64,000 nt of DNA. Origin: Pristiophorus japonicus. Its lineage: Eukaryota. The notes under the pieces were generated by a model that saw only the letters and a program-made list of their open reading frames with translations, searched no databases and had not been told where the DNA came from. The stretch spans positions 147,498,001 through 147,562,000 of the forward strand of contig NC_091989.1 of assembly GCF_044704955.1 (NCBI RefSeq). The letters are read 5' to 3'. The stretch's first letter is position 1. Each line of letters opens with the position of its first letter. The position numbers were made by a program, and so were the translations under genes. Below are positions 50,552 to 61,189 of this stretch, one piece after another.

Positions 50552-51782
50552 TCAGTAATTGAAGCGTTCACGGATGAGCTGCTGGTGCAGGGCTCGAGCA
50601 ATCGTTAAAGGAGCACGATGGACGGCCCTCCTCTGACCTCGTGCTCCGGCATCAGGCACTTGCATGCTTTCCTGATCGTCGTCATCATCCTCATCCTGTT
50701 CTTCCAAATTACGATCATCAGGCACTGGCCCCTCGTGGGTCTTCTGGTTCCACTACCAGCTCCTGTTGCCTCATGATGGCTAAGTTATGCAGCACACAAC
50801 AGTGAAGTGACCGACAATCTGAGGAGAGTATTGCAAGTGGCCTCCGGAATGGTCCAGGCATCGGAAACGCTGTTTCAAGATGCCAGTGGTCCTCTCTATG
50901 ATGCTGCGCATTGCAATGTGCGCCATGTTGTGTTGATGGTCAGCTTCCATCCGTGTTACTCGTAGGGGGGTCGTGAGCCAGATGGCCAGGCCATACCCTT
51001 TGTCTCCCAGTAGCCAGCTCTGCCCTTCTGGCTGCTGCTCAAGCATGTGAGATATAACGCTGTTGTGTCAGATGAATACATCATGGGTGCTGCCAGGGTG
51101 TATCGCATCGACTGACATGATGCGCTGCTTGTCGTCATACCCACGAGCTGCACACGAGCTGGAGTGGAAACCTTGTCTATTCCTGTACTGCTCGGAATCC
51201 TGCAAAGGTGCTCGCAAGGCGATGTGGGTACAATCAATGCAGCCTTGTACCTTTGGGAAGGCAGCAATCCTGAAGAAGCCCACAGCCCAGTCATGCATTG
51301 CTTGTGTGGTCATTGGGAACTTGATGAAGTCATTCCTCCGCGCATACGGTGCAGCCGTGACCACGCGCATACGGTGCAGCCGTGACTTGGTAAATGCAGG
51401 CATGTATTGCATGTTGAGAGATGGCGAACACATCTCCAGTTGTAGCTTGAAACGATTCCTAGGCATAGAAGGCAAGTGCAGCTGTTACCTTCACTTCAAC
51501 AGACAAGACAGTCGGCATTCTGCTTCTGGGCTGCAAATCTGCTCTCAGCATATCACAGATCTCAACAACAACTTCTCTGCGGAAACACAGCCTTTTGACA
51601 CAATCAGCCTCGCTCAGGTACGAGCGGCTGGCTCGATATTGCCGACGTGGGTAAGGTCTCCTGCCCATCAGCCTACGGGCTATGATGTTCCTGATGCGGT
51701 GAGCTCTGATCAATTCTCTCTTATGCAGTGAATTGATGGCGAACCATTGCATAATCCGTGGTGTTGATAATGCAGCACCCAT
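50552..51782 (-). pseudogene. Harbinger transposase pseudogene, element D
   Basis: LSVEVKVTAALAFYA, FPKVQGCIDCTHIALRAP, PGSTHDVFI, WLLGDKGYG, IERTTGILKQRFRCLDHSGG. Confidence 0.92.
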
Positions 51783-51844
51783 ACTTGAATTACAAATTTA
51801 ACTTTTAAACTGGCTGGCTGGTTCTCCCTCCTGGTGCTTTGAAC

Positions 51845-52395
51845 GCCTCCCCTGTCTCCTGGCCGAATGGCCTGTAGCCTATAAAATTAACTTCACTGCT
51901 GTGAAGGCTGCTGCATATTGCCTGTGTGTGTGGCCCCAACCAAGTCCCCTTTCTCCTGGCCGAACGGCCTGAAGCTTCATAGCTCGAAGGCTGCTGCTGC
52001 CGTCTCTGTGGGTGGCCTGACGCCGCCCCTGTGCCCTGGCCGAATGGCCTGAAGCTCCGCAGCTCGAAGGCTCTGCTGCCGTCGTTGGACTGACGCCGCC
52101 CCTGTGCCCTGACCGAATGGCCTGAAGCTCCGCAGCTTGAAGGCTGCTGCTGACGTCTCTGTGGGTGACCTGACGCCGCCTCTGTCCCCTGACCGAATGG
52201 CCTAAAGCTCCGCAGCTCAAAGGCTGCTGCTGCCATCGTTGGGCTGCTGTCGTTGGACTGATGCTACCCCTGTCTCCTGAATGAATGGCCTGAAGCTCCG
52301 CAGCTTGAAGGCTGCTGTTGCCGTCGTTGGACTGACGCCGCCCGCCTCCTGGATGAACGGCCTGAAGCTCCACAGCTCTAAGGCGGCGGCTGCTG
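51845..52395. repeat. Degenerate ~70-80-bp tandem repeat in the Harbinger D transposase upstream region
   Basis: Recurrent ccgaatggcctgaagctccgcagctcgaaggctgctgctgccgtc...ctgacgccgcccctgt, about 6-7 units. Confidence 0.85.
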
Positions 52396-53099
52396 CTGCT
52401 GCTGCTTCATACAAGTAGGAAAATTCAATGTATTTTTTATTTGCTTTATTTATCATTTATTATTCAGGATGGCTCTTTGTTTGTATAAGTGGGACTGTTG
52501 AATGCTTGTAAAATGTAATTACTTCCCTTCCCCCCCCCCACCCCCATCTCTTGTTCCCTGCGCCTGATTTGTCAGTGTAGGCAAGGTTTTTCTGAGCGTA
52601 CAAAAATCTACACTTACTCCATTCTAAGTTAGTTTGGAGTAAGTTTTTGCTGCCTAAGCTTGCAAAACAGGCGTAAGTGGCTGGACATGCCCCCTGTTGA
52701 AAAAAAAATCTCTTCTAAAATGAAACTGTTCTAACTCACTAGAACTTGAGCAAACTAAATGCCGAGAATTGTAATTTCTAAGATGCTCCATTCTAAACTA
52801 GTTGCTCCAAAAAAACAGGAGCAACTCGGGCCGAAACTTGACCCCTTTGTGTGAACTTCCTAACCTTCGTCCTACACTTGCAATTTAGTTTAAAGTAATT
52901 TTCTGGCTTTATATTTTCCCTACTGTTTGCTGTCTTATACCTGCTATGAGATCACCTTTGACTACTTCTTTCGAGGCTGAAAAGCCCACGTTTTTCCAGT
53001 CTTTCATCATAACTCCGTTCTCTAAATCTTGGCATCAGTCTTGCCTTCCTTAAAATGCTTGATTGCCTCCCTTGTGTCTTGGCCAGAACTGGACATGGG

Positions 53100-53865
53100 A
53101 GAAATGCACAGACACAAGGGAGATGGAATTTAATGCAGAGAAATGTTAAATGATGCATTTTGGAAGGAAGAATGAGAAGAGGCAATATTAACTAAATGTT
53201 ACAATTTTAAAGGGGTTGCAGGAGCACAGAACTTGGGTTTCACATACACAAATCTTTAAAGGTGACAGGAGAAATTAATAAGGCTGTGATCCTGGGCTTT
53301 ATAAACAGGGTACAAAAGCAAGGCAGTTATGCTAAACCTTTATAAATCACTGGTTAGGCCTCAGCTGGAGTGTTGTAAAATTCTGGGTACCGCATTTAGA
53401 AAGTATGTCAAGGTCTTGGAGAGGATGCAGAGGTGATTTACTACAATAAAGCAGGGATGAAGGACTTTAGTTATGTGTAGAGACCAGAGAAGTTTTTCTT
53501 AGAGCAGAGGTTAAAGTTAAGGAGAGATTTGAAAGTGGTGCTCAAAATTATGAGGGGTTTTGATAAGAGTAAATAGGATAAACTGTTTCCTTTGGCAGGT
53601 GGGTTGGTAACACAGATTTAAAATAATTCGCAAAAGAATGATTTTTTTTTATGCTTCGAGTTGTTATCAGGACTGCACTGTCTGAAAGGGTGGTGGTAGC
53701 AGATTCAGTAGTAACTTTCAAAAAGGAATTGGATATATACTTGAAGAGGAAAAATATGCAGGGCTATGGGGAAAGAACAGGGGACTTGGACTAATTTTAT
53801 AGCTCTTTCAAAGAGCCGGCGCAGTCATGATCGGCTGAATGGCCTCTTGTGCTGTATTCTATGAG
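53100..53865 (+). mobile_element. Old CR1 LINE fragment
   Basis: gatggaatttaatgcagagaaatg, ggttaggcctcagctggagt, 3' end ggctgaatggcctcttgtgctgtattctatg. Confidence 0.8.
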
Positions 53866-54436
53866 GAATGGTATAACAAGATAATTATACAGGTTGAACA
53901 TGATTTCTGACTTGTGTTTCACTGTTTTGGTCATATAAACATTCTAATGGCTTTGTTGATTGCGACTCTGCATTGGTTGATCATGTCTCTTTCAACTTCA
54001 TCCTGAGCTATTTCAAGACCATTTATGGGGTATGCTGCACTCAAATTTGATGGAAGTTTGGGGTGGGGTGGGGGAAAGATTGGCGGTTGGAAACCTTACT
54101 GGAGATGAGCGGATAGCTGTGTATAAAGTCAATGTTGGGAGGGTGGCAGAGGGATGCCTGTAGTAGCAGTGAAGTTGCTATAAAGCTGAGCTGACCAGTT
54201 GTGTTAGTCTTCTCTCTGCCAGGTCCAACGTTGTGTGTTTACCCAAACTGAACAGAATATCTCCATTCACAGCTGCAACAGTATGTGGTGTCTTATTTGC
54301 TCTGTTGAATTACATTTCTAACATTTTTTAAGAGGTAAAGCAAATGTGATGCATTATGTGACTATGTTTTTTGTTTTCAAAACAGGATCCTTTTATTCGT
54401 AAAGAAGATTTGAAATTTTGTAGCATTACACCGAAG

Positions 54437-54460
54437 ATGATTGAAATTTTGATTATAAAG
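54437..54460 (+). CDS. TDRD12: TDRD12 first coding exon (MIEILIIK); exon starts at acceptor 54386
   Basis: Eight codons ending AAG|GTAAT in phase 0; equivalent to human MLQLLVLK. Confidence 0.88.
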
Positions 54461-55134
54461 GTAATGATAACTATTATATACATTATGTCTCTTACTTTGT
54501 ATTGGAAAGCCAAAATTTAATTTGAGCTCTTTTTAGGATCGAATTCTCCAATGCTGTCTGAGATGGCTGGGACAGGATTACTCTTGCAGTACTTGTATGT
54601 CTTTTGGTGTGCTGACATTTTAATCTCATTAATTATATTTTGACACAGCCATTGATTTTTTTTTGAAGGTGATAATTAATAAAAATGCAGCATAAAAATA
54701 ATGAGAGTCAATATTATAAAGTTGTTATAAAGTTAGTTTCTAATAACTAATTCACTATATGGGACAATATTTTGCTTTCTTGCACTCCTGGTTCAAAGCC
54801 TTGTCTGCTGGGCACCCATGTTGGGAAATCGTATTTGTGTAACCCATAATTTTCAATCCTAGGTATCTTTTTGTCAGTTAATTTAGTGTTTGAAAATGGC
54901 TTATTCTGCAAACATAACTTTCAGTCTCAACCTGATGTTGCACACCAGTGAAAATATAAGCTAACAGATGCTAATATGCACGTTGCTCCAGTGTGATGTG
55001 ATGGGAATAATTGATCACCAGTAGGTGTACATCCAATGTCAGCATATTTTGCAGTAAATCAATTTTTTGTTTAAAGTCAGTAACTTTAGATGCATACTGG
55101 AAGTTAATAATACCCTAGTTTTGTGTGTATTTAG

Positions 55135-55299
55135 GTGGAAGATCCTGGCCGTTTCTGGGGGAGAATAATAAATGGCTTCAGTGACCTGGCTGAAAATGCA
55201 AATCAGTACCAAAGATTGGAGGAAAAGATGAACCAGCTCTACCACAGAAGCCTCGAAGAACTGGAAGAATTTAAACTTCCTGTTCTAGAACAAGGCCAG
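55135..55299 (+). CDS. TDRD12: TDRD12 coding exon 2
   Basis: ag|VEDPGRFWGRIING...YQRLEEKMNQLY...LEQGQ|gt, 165 nt; matches TDRD12 IEDPGCFW...LEEGQ. Confidence 0.95.
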
Positions 55300-55305
55300 G
55301 TAATA

Positions 55306-55641
55306 TTCAAATTCTGCCCTCTTGAACATTCCTCATTATAACTGCTCAACCATCGGTGGCTGTGCCTTCAGATGTTTGGGGTCCTAAGCTCTGGAACTCC
55401 CTGCCTAAGCCTCTCCATCTCTCCGCCTCTCTGCCTTTCTTTCCTCCTTTTAAGATGCTCCTTAAAACCTGCCTCTTTGACCAAGCTTTTGGTCATCTGC
55501 CTTAATTTCTTCTTTTGTGGCTCAGTGTCAAATTTATCTGTTTTGTCTTGTAACACTGCTGTGAAGCGCCTTGGGACGTTTTACTAAGTTAAAGGTGCTA
55601 TATAAATAAAAGTTGTTGTTGATTTATTATTCGTAGTAGTA
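55306..55641 (+). mobile_element. L2 LINE 3' fragment
   Basis: Near-identical to 2556-2860. Confidence 0.9.
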
Positions 55642-55754
55642 GTAATAATAATAGTTGATTTCTTTCATACTCTTTTTGCCTGAGAGCATTATAAGCAAGA
55701 GAAAGTGGATAACTCAATTTTCATACCAGTAAATTTTCTGCTGCATAACATTGC

Positions 55755-56105
55755 AGTACTCCTTCAGTGCACTATTGAAGGAGTGCTGCAATGTCAGAGG
55801 TGCTATTTTCAGATTCGATGTTAAACTGAGGCTTTGTCTGCCTGCCCAGTTGATGCTATAGATCCCATGGTATTATTTGAAGAACAGAATTCTCCTGGTG
55901 TCCTAGTCAAAATCTTCAATCAACCAATGCCACCATTCGTCTCATTTACAGTTTGTATACCCTTACTATATGCAACCTTGGCTGCCATGTTTGCCTACGT
56001 AACAGTGCTGATTTTCAAATAGTCGTTTATTGGTTGCAAAGCACTTTAGGACTTCCTGAGGACATGATCAGTTGCAATATAAATCTAAGTTCTTTCCTTA
56101 CTTTT
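55755..56105 (+). mobile_element. DeuSINE (SacSINE1-like), partial
   Basis: gagtgctgcaatgtcagaggtgc...tgttaaactgaggc...gatcccatggtattatttgaagaa; tail aagcactttaggac...aatataaatctaagttctt. Confidence 0.78.
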
Positions 56106-56409
56106 AAAAGGAACTTTTTATATTTGTATATATTCTAACTGTGTAAGTTATAATCTATTAAAAATAACTTACATTATTGTTCTAGGCTGCCTTATGTCTC
56201 CTTCCAGTGCGCATATGGTGAAAACGATCTTGAAATCTCATCAGTGGATAATGGTGTTCAAAATTAGTAGGGATATGTAAAGCTCTAGTCGCATTATTTT
56301 AACTCCAACAAATTTAAGCTTAGATGTGTAACTATTTGAGTAATACATACAAAATGATAGTGCTTATGTCCCTTCTAAATGGGTAATGACTTCTTTTCTT
56401 TTGTTGCAG

Positions 56410-56546
56410 ATTTGTGCTATTTACTGCCATGAACTGCAATGCTGGTGCAGGGCAATACTAGAATCTCTTGTATCAAGTGGAAGTAGTTATCTTGCAGAGT
56501 GCTTCCTAGTTGATTACGCAAAGCACATTTTGGTGAAAGCAAAGGA
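56410..56546 (+). CDS. TDRD12: TDRD12 coding exon 3 (Tudor domain core)
   Basis: cag|[45 protein letters not shown]|gtaagc, 137 nt, ending in phase 2. Confidence 0.96.
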
Positions 56547-56659
56547 GTAAGCATTAACTATCCACAATATGCTTGCACTATTGATTGATTAAAAGCACAT
56601 TTTACTAAAGAAGTGGTCTATTAATAAAAATTCCAATTTTTAAAATTAATTTTGGTATT

Positions 56660-57000
56660 CATCAAGGTGAGATTTGTTAGTGCTGGGGAATAGAACAAGC
56701 ACTCCCTGGCCAGGTGGCGAGGCTTCTTTAAGTGGGACGGAGTCACTGCTTGCGAGCCATATTTCTGTCAGTGCCGGGAGGTTAATACTTTCATCCACGC
56801 TGAGGTTGTGGATGGCAAGAGCCCTATTCGTGAGTGAGCAAATATTTAGGAAAGAAATATGAAACCGGATGGTGGTTGTTGTACTTTGGTAGAAGAGTTG
56901 AGCAGGATGGGGAAGGGGGTTGGTGAGGTTAATCTCCACTCTTGCCGACTATCTCACTCCGCATGCTCCTTGGAGGATGGTGCCGTTGGAGTTTTTATTC
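56660..57000 (-). mobile_element. L2 LINE ORF2 N-terminal (APE) fragment
   Basis: ISFLNICSLTNRALAIHNL..ALTEIWL..LKEASPPG; homologous to 1-110. Confidence 0.75.
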
Positions 57001-57596
57001 ATGGCAGCATTGGGTGCTATGATGGGTCTAGTGTAGAATACTGAGGGATACACAGGTCAAAGTCCATGGGCTTGTTTATGGGGAATTGAGCCTGGGTTGA
57101 TGGCAGGAGAGAAGGAATGCTGAGGAGTTATGATGAGTAGGTGTCGAAATCAGCAAGAACTTAATGGAGAAGAATGAGATGAAAGTTTACGTGGCTGGGT
57201 GAGGAGGCGATAATGAACTATGAAAGGCTAAAAGAAGGAAATAAGAATAGTGGGCTTGAGTTGAATGGTAATCATTATGCGTGTAAAAATTGACATAAAT
57301 AAAGGCTACTCAAGTTGGTCAAATCCAGGGCCTAATGAATAAATTTTGTGAAAATTGTATATTATACATTTTGTTCTTGGGTATTTTAGATGTCTTAAAA
57401 TAATTCAGATAGGGGGATATCTCTGCATATTTACAACCTAATTTGTTTCTAATGCTCTGAAGAGCTAACTAAATTGATGGTTACATAAGCAGTAACTTAT
57501 TTCATGTCTAACTTGGAGCATAACCAATTGGTTTAAATTCCTGCAAATAACAATCACCCCTAAAATGTAGTTATTTTGGAAGCTGCTCTGGCACAA

Positions 57597-59052
57597 GATA
57601 CGGACGGGGTTGAGGGTAATATATTAGCATGGATAGAGGATTGGCTAACTAACCAAAAACAGAGAGTCTGGATAAATGGGTCATTTTCCGGTTGGCCAAC
57701 AGTGACTAGTGGGGTGCCACAGGGATCGGTGCAGGTCAACAATCTATATTAATGACTTGGATGAAGGGACTGAGTGTAATGAAGTCAAATTTGCTGATGA
57801 TACAAAGATGAGTGGGAAAACAAATTGTGAGGAGGACACACAAAATCTGCAAAGGGATATAGACAGGCTAAGTGAGTGGGCAAAAATTTGGCAGATGGAG
57901 TATAATGTGGGAAAATGTGAGGTTATCCACTTTGGCAGAAATCATAGAAAAGCCAATTATAATTTAAACGGAGAAAAATTGCAAAGTGCTGCAGTACAGA
58001 GAGACCTGTGGGTCCTTGTGCATGAAACACAAAGTTAGTATGCAGGTACAGCAAGTAATCAGGAAGGCAAATGGAATGTTGGCCTTTATTGCAAAGGGGA
58101 TGGAGTATAAAAGCAGCGATGTCCTGCTACAATTGTCCAGGGCATTGGTGAGGTGACACCTAGAGAGTACTGCGTACAGTTTTGGTCTCCGTATTTAAGG
58201 AAGGATATATTTGCATTGGAGGCTGTTCAGAGAAGGTTCACTAGGTTGATTCCGGAGATGAAGGGGTTGATTTATGAGGATAGGTTGAATAGGTTGGGCC
58301 TCTGCTCATTAGAATTCGGAAGAATGAGAGGTGATCATATTGAAGCATATAAGATTATGAGGGGGCTTGACAGGGTGGATGCAGAGAGGATGTCTCCACT
58401 GATAGGGAAGACTAGAACGAGAGGGCATAGTTTTAGAATAAGGGGCCGCCCATTTAAAACTGAGATGAGGAGAAATTTCTTCTGAGGGTTGTGGATCTGT
58501 GGAATTTGCTGCCTCAGAGAGCTGTGGAAGCTGGGACATTGAATACATTTAAGACAGCAATAGAAAGTTTCTTAAACGATAAGGGGTTATGGAGACCATG
58601 CAGGGAAGTGGACCTGAGTCCATGATCGGATCAGCCATGATCGTATTAAATGGCGGAGCAGGCTCGAGGGGCCGTATGGCCTACTCCTGTTCCTACTTCT
58701 TATGTTCTTGTAATGAGGGGGCTCGACAAGGTAGGTGCTGAGAGGATATTTCCACATAGAGGACATAGTCTTAGAATAAGGGGCCGCCCATTTAAAACTG
58801 AGATGAGGAGAAATTTCTTCTGAGGGTTGTAAATCTATGACATTGTCTGCCCCAGAGAGCTGTGGAGGCTGGGTCACTGAATATATTTAAGGTGGAGATA
58901 GACAGATTTTTGAGCGATAAGGGAGTAAAGGGTTATGGGGCGCAGGCAGGGAAGTGGAGCTGAGTCCATGATCAGATCAGCCATGATATTAAATGGCGGA
59001 GCAGGCTCGAGGGACCAAACGGCCTACTCGTGCTCATATTTCTTATGTTCTT
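57597..59052 (+). mobile_element. CR1 LINE 3' portion followed by a second, shorter CR1 3' end (from ~58712)
   Basis: SGVPQGS, YINDLD, KFADDTK, EYCVQFWSPY, TRGHSFRI; tails tcttatgttct at ~58705 and ~59050. Confidence 0.92.
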
Positions 59053-59679
59053 ATATTGGTACAGTTGAATTCTGCACAATTCAATAAAATACTGGTATCT
59101 GCTAAACCAAATGCATTGATCTCTTTAGAGCCTTTCATCCAAGAGCTGAAGCGAAAGGATGTGATGTGGTGTGATTTTATATATGGTGCAACTTCAGGCA
59201 TGGAACTAAACATTTATTAAAGCAATAGGATCTTGTGACTTTCCTGTTAGACAATTTGCCCATAAAGTAAGATATAACCAGTGAACTTGTGGGAATATTC
59301 AGGAATTTTCTTTTTTATATGTCCATTACTAATAAAGGATCTAAACAAAATGTACCCACTAATTTGGCATTATATGTCTACCAAAACCATTGCAGAGAGG
59401 TATTTTTCATTTGTATTTAACATACTGATCTTTTTCAGATTTACATATTCAGATTACTCTCTGCCAAAGTTAGTTTTGAACACTGGGAGGAAGTAGTCTC
59501 TAAGATTGTCACCAATTTTGTGCAACTGGATGCAAGTAATATATATTCATCTGCTGTGACACTTATTGTTCCCTTTGATACATGAATTGTTTTTAAAGCC
59601 ACAGTTTGAGTTTTAAGTTTAAAATGTTACTTATGTCATTTTTTTCACCCCAATCACCACCTTCTATGTTTCTGTTCAG

Positions 59680-59799
59680 TGTACGAAGAGCATTTGATAC
59701 TTTTTGGAAGCTGCCATATCGTGCAAAAAAGTTCACATTGTTTGGTATACAGCCAGTGACATTGCACATTGATGTTTGTGAGGAGAAAGCAAAAATTGG
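59680..59799 (+). CDS. TDRD12: TDRD12 coding exon 4; the gene continues beyond the window
   Basis: cag|(D)[39 protein letters not shown](G)|gtgagt, 120 nt, phase compatible with exon 3; matches [23 protein letters not shown]. Confidence 0.96.
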
Positions 59800-60957
59800 G
59801 TGAGTATGAACATTGCAAAATGTTAACTAATCTCTGCATTTTTATATACAGTCAAGATGTATGGTGAAAGCTGCATCCAAATGTACAGGTCTAGCAGATC
59901 AATTGTAGTAACCAGTTAATTAATACATTTTAAGCCTTTTTAAAAACCTACTGATGTCCATTATTGGAAGATTTTCATGGTCTGCGTAATTCTTCAGTTT
60001 ATTTAGCTGATCTCTCATGACCTTACTTGTGGGTAGTCTGGTATCTGGAGCATGGTTGTAATGTTATTGGATAACTTGGCCTGTTTCTTTAAGGCCACTG
60101 ATCAGAAATCCTTTATAAGGAAGTGATTAAATAGTTTAATCAGAACTTAATTATTGCTGTTGGAAATTGCTCCTGACTGGCAGCTGTTTGGGTCCTTTTT
60201 GTCATCTCAACAATTTGTCCAGCTCATTGTGGGGTTCAAAAAAAGCAAGAAATAACTGAGAAAATTAACGGTGCAGATCTGAAAAATTTTTTTTTTGAAT
60301 ATTCTTTCAATAGATACATCTATTGCCATTTCAGATCTTCAACTTGCTGTCTTCTCCCTCCACCTCTGTGAAGCAATACAAATATGGAAGCAAAAATTAA
60401 ATAATTTACAACATATCAAGCTGACCGTTTGTCTTCGAAATGTGATTTTTTTTTTTGTGTGCATGTGTGGAGATTATCCCTATATTCGAAGCTTGGGCAC
60501 GTTGTTCACTGATTCCACACGTGCCTCAGTGACGAGACTAAAACCAAGCAGCTGACTCCCAAAATACACCAATATCTCAGCCTCACAATTCCCATTCTTT
60601 GGATAAACAAAAAAATATCTTCTAATTAAAAATGGGATCGAGAGGAAATTCTTTTGAGCATGTGCCATCCCAATTTGCTGACTTATTACTATTAAACAAT
60701 CCTGCTCCGCACTAGTCTGTTTTCTCCCACCCCCAGCTTTGTTCTTCCAAAGTTATTAATTGGGTAAATCCTTAATTCTTAAAGTATATACATTTTAATT
60801 TTAAAATTGTGGACCCCCCCCCCCACCCCGGACTCCATGCCCTTTCTCCTCTGTGTTGCTTCCCATCTATTGTTGTACTCTGCACCCCAGCTGAAAATTA
60901 GACCTTGATGACCATTACAGCTGCTCTCTGGATTAACTGTAAGCAGTGCTATAAGGC

Positions 60958-61149
60958 TGTTATGTCTTGAATGGAGAGTCAGACAAGTTGCTGCAAGCTC
61001 AAAGTAAGGTGTGACTGCAATCCTTTATTACAGATGAGTGCCTCGCCAGCCTGTGAGTCCTCCTTAGATACAGGTGGGATCCCTTGAGGCTCCAGGGGAT
61101 AAGCCCTCTGGTGGTTAGACATAGTATTTACAGGATTACATGCATAACA
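60958..61149. mobile_element. Older solo LTR related to the Mag/Gypsy LTR
   Basis: TGTTA...TAACA; shares gagtcagac, agctcaaagtaa, ctttatt, gccctctggtgg with 32112-32323. No clean TSD. Confidence 0.75.
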
Positions 61150-61189
61150 AATACACTATCTGATGTGTTCAAAAAATAAAAGTTGGTAC

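Larger units (their letters stand above)
49213..52845 (-). mobile_element. Harbinger/PIF transposon D (decayed), in TDRD12 intron 1
   Basis: TIRs ggcctcaagtttcgg / rc ggggtcaagtttcgg, TSD TTT/TTT; splits a CR1 fragment. Confidence 0.9.

Noticed and set aside
13281-51782. Domesticated HARBI1 or NAIF1 genes
   Set aside because: All four transposases and Myb genes have stops or frameshifts and lie between TIR-like ends.
51805-52456. Repetitive Ala/Gln/Arg-rich ORFs
   Set aside because: Open frames in several phases arise from the GC-rich tandem repeat.
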